Source: a virus (Duplodnaviria > Caudoviricetes). Taken from it: a stretch of 64,000 nt of DNA. The translations under genes were made by a program, and so were the position numbers. The notes below the pieces were generated by a model, which was given only the letters and a program-made list of their open reading frames with translations, was not told the DNA's origin and searched no databases. Position 1 is the first letter of the stretch. Each line of letters begins with the position of its first letter. The stretch covers positions 850 through 64,849 of IMG/VR virus record IMGVR_UViG_3300021958_000059; one strand, written 5' to 3'. Shown here piece after piece: positions 15,299 through 24,749 of this stretch.

Positions 15299-16511
15299 AA
15301 TACTTCTCCGTTCTAGCAACTGCTTCTCTAATGGCATCACTATAGAAGTCACTGCGTCTAATTAAATCAAAATTGTGCTGTATCGTGTCCATGCTCTTTT
15401 CTAATCTTGCTATCTTTTCTTCCTGTGGCAGTTCTATCCAATCATTTAGAACCTGCTGCGTGGCATTGAAGCGTTCCACGTTGTCTTCTATATCATTGTA
15501 TGAGGGATCTATTCCACACCAGTCCGTTCTAAAGCCCATGTCCTCTAGGCATCTTAGAGTGCCTTGGCTGGCAAACAGTATCAGTGGATGTCCCATCGTA
15601 ATGGGTTTGAATATTTTTTCAGTAATGAATGCAACATCGTGTAGGAAGATAGTTTCCGTGATTACAGTAAGCAAACTGTTTTTATATATTTCAACGTTAT
15701 ACTGATTAGCAGCATTGGTTTTGCTCCAATCTCCATCTATGAACTTAGGAAACTCACTGACTATGTCTGCATAATTACCGACAAGGCTTTCAGTGTCACC
15801 ATCTCTTAGTCTTATTTCATTGCCGCTCACTACACCTTTATCTAGCACACCATCCTTCATTAACCTATACAAGTGTGCGCCACGCTGAGGACGATAAACT
15901 CTGTTAAGGCTATTGTAATCCTTGCTGGCAGGGTTTGCCATAGCGTATTTTATAACAGGAGCAGTTGGTAATTTATCATCTCCGAATATGTTTCCAAAGT
16001 GATTGCTATACATTACATCATACAATCTATCAACACCCTTGGCTTTTAGCCATCTGCGATACTGATGCTCTATTTTTTTGTTGCCCTGTAGTATTAGAAC
16101 GCTGTCCTTGGGCAATCCAAGTTCAATCATTGCGGTATGTGTTGATAGAAAGCAATCCCAGTGTTTAGTAACCATAGGGCCGCCTTCTCTATCAGCATTG
16201 ATAACAATTCTAATCTTTCTATTCTTGGCTAGTTTCCTTACTTCCTTGGTTAGGTTGGATAGTATGTGCTTTTGTGGCACTCCTACATTCTTTAAAACGC
16301 CTGCCCACCACTGCGGATCTCCTCTTACATCCACAAAATATATTCCTTTTTCGTTAACATCTGTTGACTCTGAAACATCCAGTTTCATGTTAATGCACTT
16401 CTGTTTGATGGGTGCGCCTGGGGCCACTAACCAATAATCATTTTTTCCCTTAGTTGCTAAATGGTTATGATTTGAATCATTATTTTTCAATGTGTCAAAA
16501 TAAATTTTCAT
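15285..16511 (-). CDS. Putative glycosyltransferase, paralog of 13386..14537
   Basis: YNSLNRVYRP.R; LLTVITET...FITEKIFKPITMGHP.I...L.DMGFRT. Confidence 0.55.
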   Translation of the reverse strand: MKIYFDTLKNNDSNHNHLATKGKNDYWLVAPGAPIKQKCINMKLDVSESTDVNEKGIYFVDVRGDPQWWAGVLKNVGVPQKHILSNLTKEVRKLAKNRKIRIVINADREGGPMVTKHWDCFLSTHTAMIELGLPKDSVLILQGNKKIEHQYRRWLKAKGVDRLYDVMYSNHFGNIFGDDKLPTAPVIKYAMANPASKDYNSLNRVYRPQRGAHLYRLMKDGVLDKGVVSGNEIRLRDGDTESLVGNYADIVSEFPKFIDGDWSKTNAANQYNVEIYKNSLLTVITETIFLHDVAFITEKIFKPITMGHPLILFASQGTLRCLEDMGFRTDWCGIDPSYNDIEDNVERFNATQQVLNDWIELPQEEKIARLEKSMDTIQHNFDLIRRSDFYSDAIREAVARTEKYYETI

Positions 16512-17695
16512 TAGAACAATCTCGAAAGTTCAGGAAATGTAGCAGCAACATTTTCATTTCTCATCATATCATAGTATGTAATTTCTTTCTTAAATTTTGG
16601 TATTAGACTTTTATTGTGAGTAGTTGTTTCTAATCCGTTTATTACTGTTTGCAAGGAACGTTTTATGTTTCCGCCTTTCTTCTTAGCATATTCGTTAAGA
16701 TTATTAACTATTTTCTTATTTTCATCATCAGTCAGTAATTCAAGACTTAAAAAATCCGGATTTAATACGTTATAAAAATGAGGATCATATTTTTTTGCAT
16801 CAACTAACCCACTGTCCAACATATAATCTATGAACTTAGTTAATGTCTTAATGTTTAATATGGAAACCACTGTATTTGTCTGCAGATGTATATGCGGTGC
16901 TTCCTTTCTTATCTTCCTTAAATTGATTTCAATAATATTCCAATTAGTTCCATGGCGTATATATTCAGCACGGTTACTCCAACTGTCAAGACTAGCACCT
17001 ATATAAACATTTGAAAATTGTTTCCACAGATCCAATACATTTTTATCTTTGTATCGTAGCACACTCATGTTGGTATTGTATCTTAACTTCACTTCAGTCC
17101 TGTTATTTTTTATTAGGTATTCTAATATGTCATAGTGCTTATCCGTTAATAGGGGTTCGCCGCCCGCAAAATAAAATTCTTCTATGGTATCAAAGTGTGG
17201 TTCGAACTGCTTGTATAAATCATCATTTGATTTTCCACCTGCAAAGATATAGGTATTTTTCTTACCATCTTCATGCGCCCAACTTGACGAATATGTTGAA
17301 CTACAAGAACGGCATTTAAAATTACAGATATTACTCCATCTTACGTCAAGATATCTTAGTTTAAAATCGTCAATGCTACCATCTGTATTTGTATCCTTTA
17401 CCGCACTATCAATATATTTAGAAAACTGATTGTTTGAATGCTCACGGAAACTGCTGTTGCCTGCATCCTCATCTCTATAACAGGCCGTGCATTCTCCGCA
17501 CTGCTTTCCCTGCAACATGTTCTGTCGCATGGTTTTAAATTTATCGTTATTAAAGACGTTTTCTAGAGTGTTATTTTGAACACTGCCCATTGGCTTTTGC
17601 CAATCTCCCACACAACAGGGAAGGACACTGCCATCGGGGTTTGCATATAGATGTATCCAAGGTAGTATGCAAAATGTTTTACTGGGCACAGTCAA
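16511..17695 (-). CDS. Radical SAM protein with N-terminal twitch/SPASM-like domain
   Basis: FCILPW..PCC..CTAC at the N-terminus; CNFKCRSC; FAGGEPLL. Confidence 0.9.
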   Translation of the reverse strand: MTVPSKTFCILPWIHLYANPDGSVLPCCVGDWQKPMGSVQNNTLENVFNNDKFKTMRQNMLQGKQCGECTACYRDEDAGNSSFREHSNNQFSKYIDSAVKDTNTDGSIDDFKLRYLDVRWSNICNFKCRSCSSTYSSSWAHEDGKKNTYIFAGGKSNDDLYKQFEPHFDTIEEFYFAGGEPLLTDKHYDILEYLIKNNRTEVKLRYNTNMSVLRYKDKNVLDLWKQFSNVYIGASLDSWSNRAEYIRHGTNWNIIEINLRKIRKEAPHIHLQTNTVVSILNIKTLTKFIDYMLDSGLVDAKKYDPHFYNVLNPDFLSLELLTDDENKKIVNNLNEYAKKKGGNIKRSLQTVINGLETTTHNKSLIPKFKKEITYYDMMRNENVAATFPELSRLF

Positions 17696-19043
17696 AGTAA
17701 AACTCCTCTAGTTCAGGGAATGTTTTTATAAAATCTAAATTTCTTCTACGATCATATTCCGTAAACCAATTAAAAAAGTCTCTGCGACCTTCTGATAATT
17801 TTTCCGCAGGGTAATCCGTTGTTCGCATGTAATCGACCACACGGCGAAACTTTTCGTATTCAAGTTCGGAAAACTTGTGTTTATCCATATCGTCCAAGTT
17901 GTCCTTTATAAACTGTAGATGCTGTTCCATGTATGGAACGAACTTGTCCTTGGGCAGTATGTTCATGTCATACTGTAGTGGTTCCTTTAGATATGGAGTA
18001 TCAAATCTTATTCTCTGCCACTTGGTCTGATCGTTGCTGTTATATTTTACACGCCATTCGAGAATCTTTTCAAGCAGTTTGCTAAAATTAGTTACTGTTA
18101 GTATGTTAAATGTAATCATGAACGTTAAAGGCATTCGAGTCTTGGTCATGTATGTGTCTAGATTCTTTTCCCACAGTTCTAAATCTAATCCTGTTCTAAT
18201 GTATTCTGCCTGTGGTCCCCAAGTATCCATGCTGGTAAAAACTTTAAAGTCCTTGATGCAGCCCTTTTCAACTAGGCTATTGACCTTGTCAGCAAATCGT
18301 TCTATAAGTATGGGCTTCACACCAAAGTTTGAATTGATGTTCAGTTCAAGATCAGGACAGGGATTCTTTTCCAACTCATCAAACATTCGCCACGTGCTTT
18401 GCTGTAGCAGAGGCTCGCCTCCGGTAATGCGCAGGATTGTAAGTGTCTTTCTCAGTTCCGGCCACCACTTCCAGAAAGCCTTCACGTATGGATTGTTTTC
18501 TTCCTCATAGACCTTGAACCAATCAATGTCGTTTCGATGATTACGAACCATTGTGTATGGTCCGTGGTCACGTATTTCCTTGTGGTATGCTGAACTGTGC
18601 TTGGGATGGCAGTAGCCGCATTTGAAGTTACACTCGTTACCAAATGAAACTTCTACATACTGCGGATTAACATCAGCCATAGGGTCTGACTTAATTGCAG
18701 CAAATCTTTCCTCAGTGTGGATACTAGCATTGCGTTCCTTCCTATCACTTATGTAGTCCTTACCCATGCACTCAATGTTCCAACAGTATTGGCAACCGCT
18801 TGGCTTCTTGCCATCGATCATTTCCTGTCGTTCCGCCTTTTTCTGCGGAGTGTTGTGCAGTTGGCTTGGATTTTCCTCAAGTCCTGGTATTGGTATTGCG
18901 TGCGGTGCTGGATGATAACAACTATGCGTTTCGCCAGTCTGCAGATATATTGTGGTATGATGCCATTTCGCCATGCAGAAGGTAGGCGATATCTCGTCCA
19001 TTATGGGTATGAACTTTTCTATTCTATCCTTGTCCTGCATCAA
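17679..19043 (-). CDS. Radical SAM protein with N-terminal twitch/SPASM-like domain
   Basis: FCMAKW..SCYH..CQYC; CNFKCGYC; ITGGEPLL. Confidence 0.9.
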   Translation of the reverse strand: MMQDKDRIEKFIPIMDEISPTFCMAKWHHTTIYLQTGETHSCYHPAPHAIPIPGLEENPSQLHNTPQKKAERQEMIDGKKPSGCQYCWNIECMGKDYISDRKERNASIHTEERFAAIKSDPMADVNPQYVEVSFGNECNFKCGYCHPKHSSAYHKEIRDHGPYTMVRNHRNDIDWFKVYEEENNPYVKAFWKWWPELRKTLTILRITGGEPLLQQSTWRMFDELEKNPCPDLELNINSNFGVKPILIERFADKVNSLVEKGCIKDFKVFTSMDTWGPQAEYIRTGLDLELWEKNLDTYMTKTRMPLTFMITFNILTVTNFSKLLEKILEWRVKYNSNDQTKWQRIRFDTPYLKEPLQYDMNILPKDKFVPYMEQHLQFIKDNLDDMDKHKFSELEYEKFRRVVDYMRTTDYPAEKLSEGRRDFFNWFTEYDRRRNLDFIKTFPELEEFYFDCAQ

Positions 19044-20079
19044 ACTGTTCCTTTAACCATTCAAAATCATTTATCAATCTAAGAGCATCAGTATCAGCAG
19101 CGTTAGCCACACCATACTTCCTGCCAGCACGGGCTCCCTGAATGGCATAGTCGCCAAATACACGATCCCGTCCATAGTCCGAACACCACTTAGATAGTCT
19201 CTGATCCGTTTCTTCATCATTCTGTCCCTTAATGGTTCTGCTTGCCAATTTACAACATTCTCTAAATGCGCTCTTCCAGGTGGAGAATGCATCCGTATTG
19301 AATGCTGTTATGTTACTTACTTGTTCCATTGCACGGAAACTGTCAGAAAGGCTAGTGGTCATGTCTGCTGTATCCGTGTCCATGTTGAGTGTTGCTTCTC
19401 TGGGAAACAGTTTTACACCGCCATAGCCGTATTCCAAATCCGTGATTGGATTCCTGCTGCGCCAAACATACACGCTCTTTCTAGCATTAAAATCATAGTA
19501 GGGTATCTGCATGTTAAATTCAAAATCTTCCAACACTTCAGCATCCGCATCAACTATGTAGAACATGTCCGTGGTTGCCTTGCGTGCGGCTTCGATGTGT
19601 GCTTGATGTATGCCCTTGACATCACGTGTCCATGCTGCATGCGGAGCCTTTTCCAATAGTTTGTTGTAGTTGCTTTCAGCGTTTTCCTCATGATAGGATA
19701 TAAACGCAACATCATATGGAACTGGTTGGCTTGCCACAATGTCCATTTCCTTCTTGTTGGTAAAGAAACGATAGTCCCATTCTCGTTGCAGTATCCTTGC
19801 ACGCTTAGGAAATATGCAGATACCATCATGGTATGCACCGTTCTGGAACACGTGAATGTATTGTTCGTCCCACTCCGGTATGCGATAGTCAAATTCAAAA
19901 TTATCTTCCAGTGTAATGTTATCCCACACTGCCCAGAAATGTTTTGTGAGTGATTTGTTTGCTATCTTTTCAAATGTATCGCAGTGTTCTGCCTTTTGCG
20001 CATTAGGAACACGCTGCTTGAACTTGATCCAAGCCGCTTCTTCTATCGCTCCTCTACTGATATAGAATACATCATACAT
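19024..20079 (-). CDS. GT-A fold glycosyltransferase-like protein with internal duplication
   Basis: YDVAFISY...GIHQAH...FYIVDADA (DxD); the N-terminal ~90 aa are a degenerate copy (YDVFYIS...FWAVWD). Confidence 0.7.
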   Translation of the reverse strand: MYDVFYISRGAIEEAAWIKFKQRVPNAQKAEHCDTFEKIANKSLTKHFWAVWDNITLEDNFEFDYRIPEWDEQYIHVFQNGAYHDGICIFPKRARILQREWDYRFFTNKKEMDIVASQPVPYDVAFISYHEENAESNYNKLLEKAPHAAWTRDVKGIHQAHIEAARKATTDMFYIVDADAEVLEDFEFNMQIPYYDFNARKSVYVWRSRNPITDLEYGYGGVKLFPREATLNMDTDTADMTTSLSDSFRAMEQVSNITAFNTDAFSTWKSAFRECCKLASRTIKGQNDEETDQRLSKWCSDYGRDRVFGDYAIQGARAGRKYGVANAADTDALRLINDFEWLKEQFDAGQG

Positions 20080-20980
20080 AAGTTTGACTGTAGTAGGTTG
20101 TTCCCATGTTTATGGATTCGTTGTATAGATCCACGGTGTATTTGCTCATGGCAGGATCAAGATATGGATAGTTGAATCCGAGACTGTGTTTTAGTTTATC
20201 ACCCAGACTCTTGATTTCCTCTATCATTGCATCCTCATTCGTTTCGAATTGTTTCGCATGCTGCTCGTATTCTTCCTTAAGCATTTCAAAATCTCTAACA
20301 CGCACATGATCCCAGTCAGTGCAGTTGGTAAGATAGTTTCCTTGCCTTGCACCCAGTATCGCAAACAGTCCGTTCTCAACGTGGCTGCCCACCGTGCTCC
20401 ACTGCCTTAGCCTGTGTATGTTGTGCCACCACACACGCTTTTCAATTTCCTGTGCCGGAACCTTTAGTCCGCCATCCAGCGTCATCTTGACACCTTCACG
20501 GAAACCTGCACGCCACGCCATGTATGGTGTTGCATTAATTACTGTATCACTGAATGTCCTTGGAAAGTTTCTGTATCCATCTTCCCAACAAAAATCAACC
20601 TGTGCCCTTTCACTGTCAGCATTCTCATGGGTCTTCATGTTAAGCACGTGATCTCTGTTCCACAGTTTCAACCCACCGTTTCCATAGTGCAGGCCATTAA
20701 CGTTGTTGCGGCCGCACCAACTGTATGCACGTATGTCTGGGTTGTCCATGTCTATTTCTATATCAAAGAATTCCGGATACACGATATTATCCGCATCAAC
20801 TGTCAGCACCCATTCAGTTTCACTCTGTTCTGCTGCTGCTTTGTGTGCGTGATCGCTTCCCTTTACTCCGTGTATGCGCTGTGCCCATGGCACCTTGTTG
20901 CATAGATCAGCATAGTGTAGATCAGCATTGGGCTCATCATAACTAAGAAAGAATACATCAAACTCTACTACTTTCTTCAT
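20072..20980 (-). CDS. GT-A fold glycosyltransferase-like protein, paralog of 19024..20079
   Basis: FDVFFLSYDEPNAD..GVKGSDHAH..LTVDADN; YGNGGLKLW; AWRAGFREGVK. Confidence 0.7.
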   Translation of the reverse strand: MKKVVEFDVFFLSYDEPNADLHYADLCNKVPWAQRIHGVKGSDHAHKAAAEQSETEWVLTVDADNIVYPEFFDIEIDMDNPDIRAYSWCGRNNVNGLHYGNGGLKLWNRDHVLNMKTHENADSERAQVDFCWEDGYRNFPRTFSDTVINATPYMAWRAGFREGVKMTLDGGLKVPAQEIEKRVWWHNIHRLRQWSTVGSHVENGLFAILGARQGNYLTNCTDWDHVRVRDFEMLKEEYEQHAKQFETNEDAMIEEIKSLGDKLKHSLGFNYPYLDPAMSKYTVDLYNESINMGTTYYSQTYV

Positions 20981-21612
20981 TTTTCCTCTATCATATAATT
21001 CTTAAACAAGCGTCTTGTATATACACTAAAATACTTAGGAAAAGATAAATTTGCTAGTTCAACTGATTTTCCAATTAACTCGTTTATCTTAACGCTGAAA
21101 TTATCTGTAATTACATTAGGATCATTGTAATCTGTAATTATAAAGTCCATTATAGTTTCACCGTCCCAAAACATTTTTCTCTTTACTACTTCTTCGTTCT
21201 GCTTAAATGTTCCGCCATACTCTTCAGATAATTCTACTATTAGTTTATTATCTTTACTATAGTGTGTCAAGTGTATATCAGGTTTTTTAATTTCCGACCA
21301 TTCCTTAACTATAATACGGTGAAGCATGTCATCAATTTTGAATAAATCTTTTACTTCAATAATTTCTAATCGGCCTTCGTGAGGATCAATAAAACACTTA
21401 TTCATCCTGATTTCACCAGTTATTATTTTTTCAGCAATATCAGATTCTATTTCAATTACAGTTTTATATTTTTTTTCATTAACTGTATGATTCGGTCCAA
21501 CTGCTAATATTGATCCTGTTTCAGCATCAAAGGCAGCACAATAAACTATCGGTTCCGGTTTATAGTTTTTAATCCACTCGTCAAAGTCGGGAAGTTTTAA
21601 CTCTTCTTCCAT
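20977..21612 (-). CDS. Hypothetical protein
   Basis: Overlap-coupled ORF in the operon. Confidence 0.75.
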   Translation of the reverse strand: MEEELKLPDFDEWIKNYKPEPIVYCAAFDAETGSILAVGPNHTVNEKKYKTVIEIESDIAEKIITGEIRMNKCFIDPHEGRLEIIEVKDLFKIDDMLHRIIVKEWSEIKKPDIHLTHYSKDNKLIVELSEEYGGTFKQNEEVVKRKMFWDGETIMDFIITDYNDPNVITDNFSVKINELIGKSVELANLSFPKYFSVYTRRLFKNYMIEEK

Positions 21613-22439
21613 GCTATTTCCTCCAATATGTTTATTGTTTCAAGTGTAATTTTTTCCTTATCTACATAATGAACAATATCAGTTTGTTCAAAATTTCCTA
21701 ATTTTAATTTTCCTTGTTTATTAAAGTAAAATCCAATATGATCAAAACAGTCATCGGCTGGATATGGCCAATTTTGTATCATACCTTTCATATGAACTAC
21801 TCTAGGAAAATCTAGAGGATAAGAAATTTCATTTTGTATATCTAATAATTTTGCAGCCAGAGCAAATGCTTCATCGGTTCCAACTATCTTCGGCTTGTAT
21901 TTTGTTAAAAAATTATTAGAAAATTCATTCGGGTTCTTAATAATTGCTCTTTGCAAATTAAAAAAATCTTTTACTAATGGACTATTTTTAACAAAAAATG
22001 TATAAAAGGAATATAAATTAGGCAATTCATTGGCTGTAAAACATTTCCTGTAATAATTACCTGTTATTTCCTCTCCCCTGTAGGTGTATGACTTGTTGGC
22101 AACATATAGTTCACTGTTCTTAATAAAATATTCAACCCAGTGACTGTAATCTCTAAGAAATATCATATCAGCATCCAGGCAAACGGTATGCTCCCAAGGT
22201 GTAAGTTCATCCATGTAAGATCTACCATCCCAAAAGTCTGCACCATCCCACTCTATTATTTCATCAAACACCCATGTAGAAGTAAACCCTTCAATGCGTT
22301 TTTTATCATTAATTACTAATGCTACCTTATCATATCCTTCTCTTTGTGTATTCTTAATGCTTAGAGCAAGTGCATATGCTAGTCTGGCATAATTTGTATT
22401 ATCCTTTTCAGAAACAATTAACAGATATCCAAAGTTCAT
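21597..22439 (-). CDS. GT8-like glycosyltransferase
   Basis: YARLAYALALSIK; LTPWEHTVCLDADMIFL (DxD); GTDEAFALA; VHMK. Confidence 0.7.
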   Translation of the reverse strand: MNFGYLLIVSEKDNTNYARLAYALALSIKNTQREGYDKVALVINDKKRIEGFTSTWVFDEIIEWDGADFWDGRSYMDELTPWEHTVCLDADMIFLRDYSHWVEYFIKNSELYVANKSYTYRGEEITGNYYRKCFTANELPNLYSFYTFFVKNSPLVKDFFNLQRAIIKNPNEFSNNFLTKYKPKIVGTDEAFALAAKLLDIQNEISYPLDFPRVVHMKGMIQNWPYPADDCFDHIGFYFNKQGKLKLGNFEQTDIVHYVDKEKITLETINILEEIAWKKS

Positions 22440-23293
22440 TCTGCTAACTCCATTAATTTTTCATAATTACGATCAATACTAAATTTATTCATAATGTGTA
22501 TGTCTCTATCTTTTACTGATGCAGAAACATACCCTTCAGTTTTTGCAACTAAAAATTTTAAACTACCGTTGGATACATCACAAAGAATGTCTTTATCTGC
22601 AACTGAAAATACGTCTGGAAGATTATATTCATCAACCTTTTGATATCCGTTCATAATATGCTTGGCAATACTAAATGCAATGTCATTTCTAAATGTTCGT
22701 GTATCAAATCTAAATACGTCAGCAAACATCTTGTATTGTTCCTTAATATATTCAACTAAATCAAAAAACATTTTAGTGTTTTCATTTTTAGTGAACATTA
22801 CTGTCGTCGCCCAATACATTTCAACACCTGTCTCAGATATATGACTGTCTAAATAGCCAACTCTTTCTTTTCCAATAATATCATTATACCCAGGAGATAT
22901 CAGTAAATCACTTTCAACATTCCAGTATTGATTAAGTGAATCTGATAGGACAAGATAATCAGTATCTATCAACAGTGTTCTATCATAAGGAGAAAGGTCG
23001 TATGCTGAAAATCTATTACCGTTACTAAATGGAGCAGGAGTTGTGTTCTTTCCATCGCTATAATTTTTCATATTATTATCTTCAGGTCGCTGAGTAATAA
23101 TTATTTGATCAAAAATTTCAGTCGAAATCTTTAATATATTTGATTCTCTCATCCAATCCATTGTAGAAGGATCAGTAATTAAACTTACAGGAACACCTAA
23201 ATTTTTCTTGGCTAATTTTCCGGCAAGTATGCTCATCTTGGCATAATCAATCTGCCTGTTATTATGTGCAAATAAGATCACGCCCTTATTCAT
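22436..23293 (-). CDS. GT8-like glycosyltransferase
   Basis: LSPYDRTLLIDTDYLV (DxD); YWATTVMF; FRNDIAFSIA; HIMNK. Confidence 0.7.
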   Translation of the reverse strand: MNKGVILFAHNNRQIDYAKMSILAGKLAKKNLGVPVSLITDPSTMDWMRESNILKISTEIFDQIIITQRPEDNNMKNYSDGKNTTPAPFSNGNRFSAYDLSPYDRTLLIDTDYLVLSDSLNQYWNVESDLLISPGYNDIIGKERVGYLDSHISETGVEMYWATTVMFTKNENTKMFFDLVEYIKEQYKMFADVFRFDTRTFRNDIAFSIAKHIMNGYQKVDEYNLPDVFSVADKDILCDVSNGSLKFLVAKTEGYVSASVKDRDIHIMNKFSIDRNYEKLMELAE

Positions 23294-23294
23294 A

Positions 23295-23645
23295 TTACAC
23301 TTCCAATAGAGATTCTACCGATCTCGCTTTCTTAATTTTTTGATATTCTTCAAAATATTCATTTGTAGCCGTAAAGTATCTGTCAAATATTTCTTCTCTA
23401 AATTCAACTAGATTTTTAATTAAGATTGGATTTTCGTTTACATCTAAAATTACCACGTCCTCGGATCTATCCTTATAGATTAACATTTCAACAAAATTTA
23501 ATAATGTTCTGTCAATCTTAAAAATACCTCCATTATGGCCGTAGGTAAGTTTCGCTTCGATCTTTTCCTTTAGAGTTTTTCTCTGTATGGCAAAAGTTTG
23601 CCTATAATTAGAAAAATCGAGTGCTTTTTGGAACTCCTCCTGCAT
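23295..23645 (-). CDS. Hypothetical late protein (possible tail assembly chaperone)
   Basis: GGAGG RBS; late promoter motif upstream; function is an inference from position. Confidence 0.7.
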   Translation of the reverse strand: MQEEFQKALDFSNYRQTFAIQRKTLKEKIEAKLTYGHNGGIFKIDRTLLNFVEMLIYKDRSEDVVILDVNENPILIKNLVEFREEIFDRYFTATNEYFEEYQKIKKARSVESLLEV

Positions 23646-23673
23646 AATACCTCCTATTATAATAGTAGCATAT

Positions 23674-23680
23674 TATTTAT
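23674..23680 (-). promoter_or_regulatory. Late promoter core ATAAATA
   Basis: TATTTAT on the + strand, intergenic, upstream of 23645. Confidence 0.6.
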
Positions 23681-23707
23681 CGAGGGTTAGTTGGGTGGTA
23701 AAAATTA

Positions 23708-24718
23708 TTAGTTAATTATGTTTGATACCGTAACTGTTGGAGATTGAACTTCAAAGTTACCAGATCCGACAGGTTCTAAAACACCAGACGCTTCGACAGT
23801 TTGGACAGTCAGTGTTACTGTTCCGTCAACAGTATCAGGGCCGTATCCACCCGATTGGACTGGACTTCCACTATCAGAGTTTCCGCCCAATGGAAAGTGA
23901 TTATCAAGCCAATATATGTCAAAGTGTATTATCCTAGACGTTCCTGAACTATTACTTGTAACCCCATCGTCGGTCCTACAGAATATGCTCCATTCGTTTA
24001 AAGCATAAGGGGAAGAAGCAGTTACTTGGCTCCAACGCTGTGCAACGTTAGTTAATCTAAAAAAGTTATTACCGTTTGCCGGTGATGTTCCTGTTCCTGG
24101 TAATGCTCCTCCGAAACTTCTTGTTCCGGCTGTGCTTAAAAGAGTGGTCCAGGTCGTGTTTTGATTGGTGGAAGATCCTCCGGTCCTAGAACTATTAAAT
24201 GTTACCGTGCTTCCTGAATTAAAAAAATGTCTTGCTAATTCGCTTGATGGCCACTCACATCTAACTGTTGCGTATAACTGAGGATTCGGACTTCCTAACG
24301 GTGCTGATACTCCCCATGACCCTGTAAATTGTTTTGTGGGTATTGTATGATTTACCGAAACACTCTGTCCTGTAGGAGCCAATGTAAATCTACTTGCACT
24401 TAATGAGTTTACTACACTTAACCAATAATTTACTGGTGCTGCATCGGGAGGAATTGCATCATATCTTATCTTTGCTCCGATGGTCTGGGTATCAACATCG
24501 CTAGGTGCAGCATTAGTTTGGTGCTTGTTAATATTGATAATATCATATCTAAGAGCAGCATATTCATTTACAGTGACTGAATCACTTTCCGTAACTTGAG
24601 AACTAAGAACTGATTGTCCGTAGCCGGTATTACCAGAACCTGTGCCCAGCACATTTTCAACGACTTGTTGTATATCGTTATAGTCTGCTTTATTAATTAT
24701 TTGATTTATGCCTGCCAT
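23708..24718 (-). CDS. Virion structural protein (tail/fibre-associated), paralog A
   Basis: G/S/T-rich; LRYDIIN..HQT and ARHFFNSG shared with the neighbouring gene. Confidence 0.7.
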   Translation of the reverse strand: MAGINQIINKADYNDIQQVVENVLGTGSGNTGYGQSVLSSQVTESDSVTVNEYAALRYDIININKHQTNAAPSDVDTQTIGAKIRYDAIPPDAAPVNYWLSVVNSLSASRFTLAPTGQSVSVNHTIPTKQFTGSWGVSAPLGSPNPQLYATVRCEWPSSELARHFFNSGSTVTFNSSRTGGSSTNQNTTWTTLLSTAGTRSFGGALPGTGTSPANGNNFFRLTNVAQRWSQVTASSPYALNEWSIFCRTDDGVTSNSSGTSRIIHFDIYWLDNHFPLGGNSDSGSPVQSGGYGPDTVDGTVTLTVQTVEASGVLEPVGSGNFEVQSPTVTVSNIIN

Positions 24719-24733
24719 ACTCTACCTCACTAG

Positions 24734-24740
24734 TATTTAT
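24734..24740 (-). promoter_or_regulatory. Late promoter core ATAAATA
   Basis: Intergenic, 16 nt upstream of ATG 24718. Confidence 0.6.
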
Positions 24741-24749
24741 CGAAGCAAA

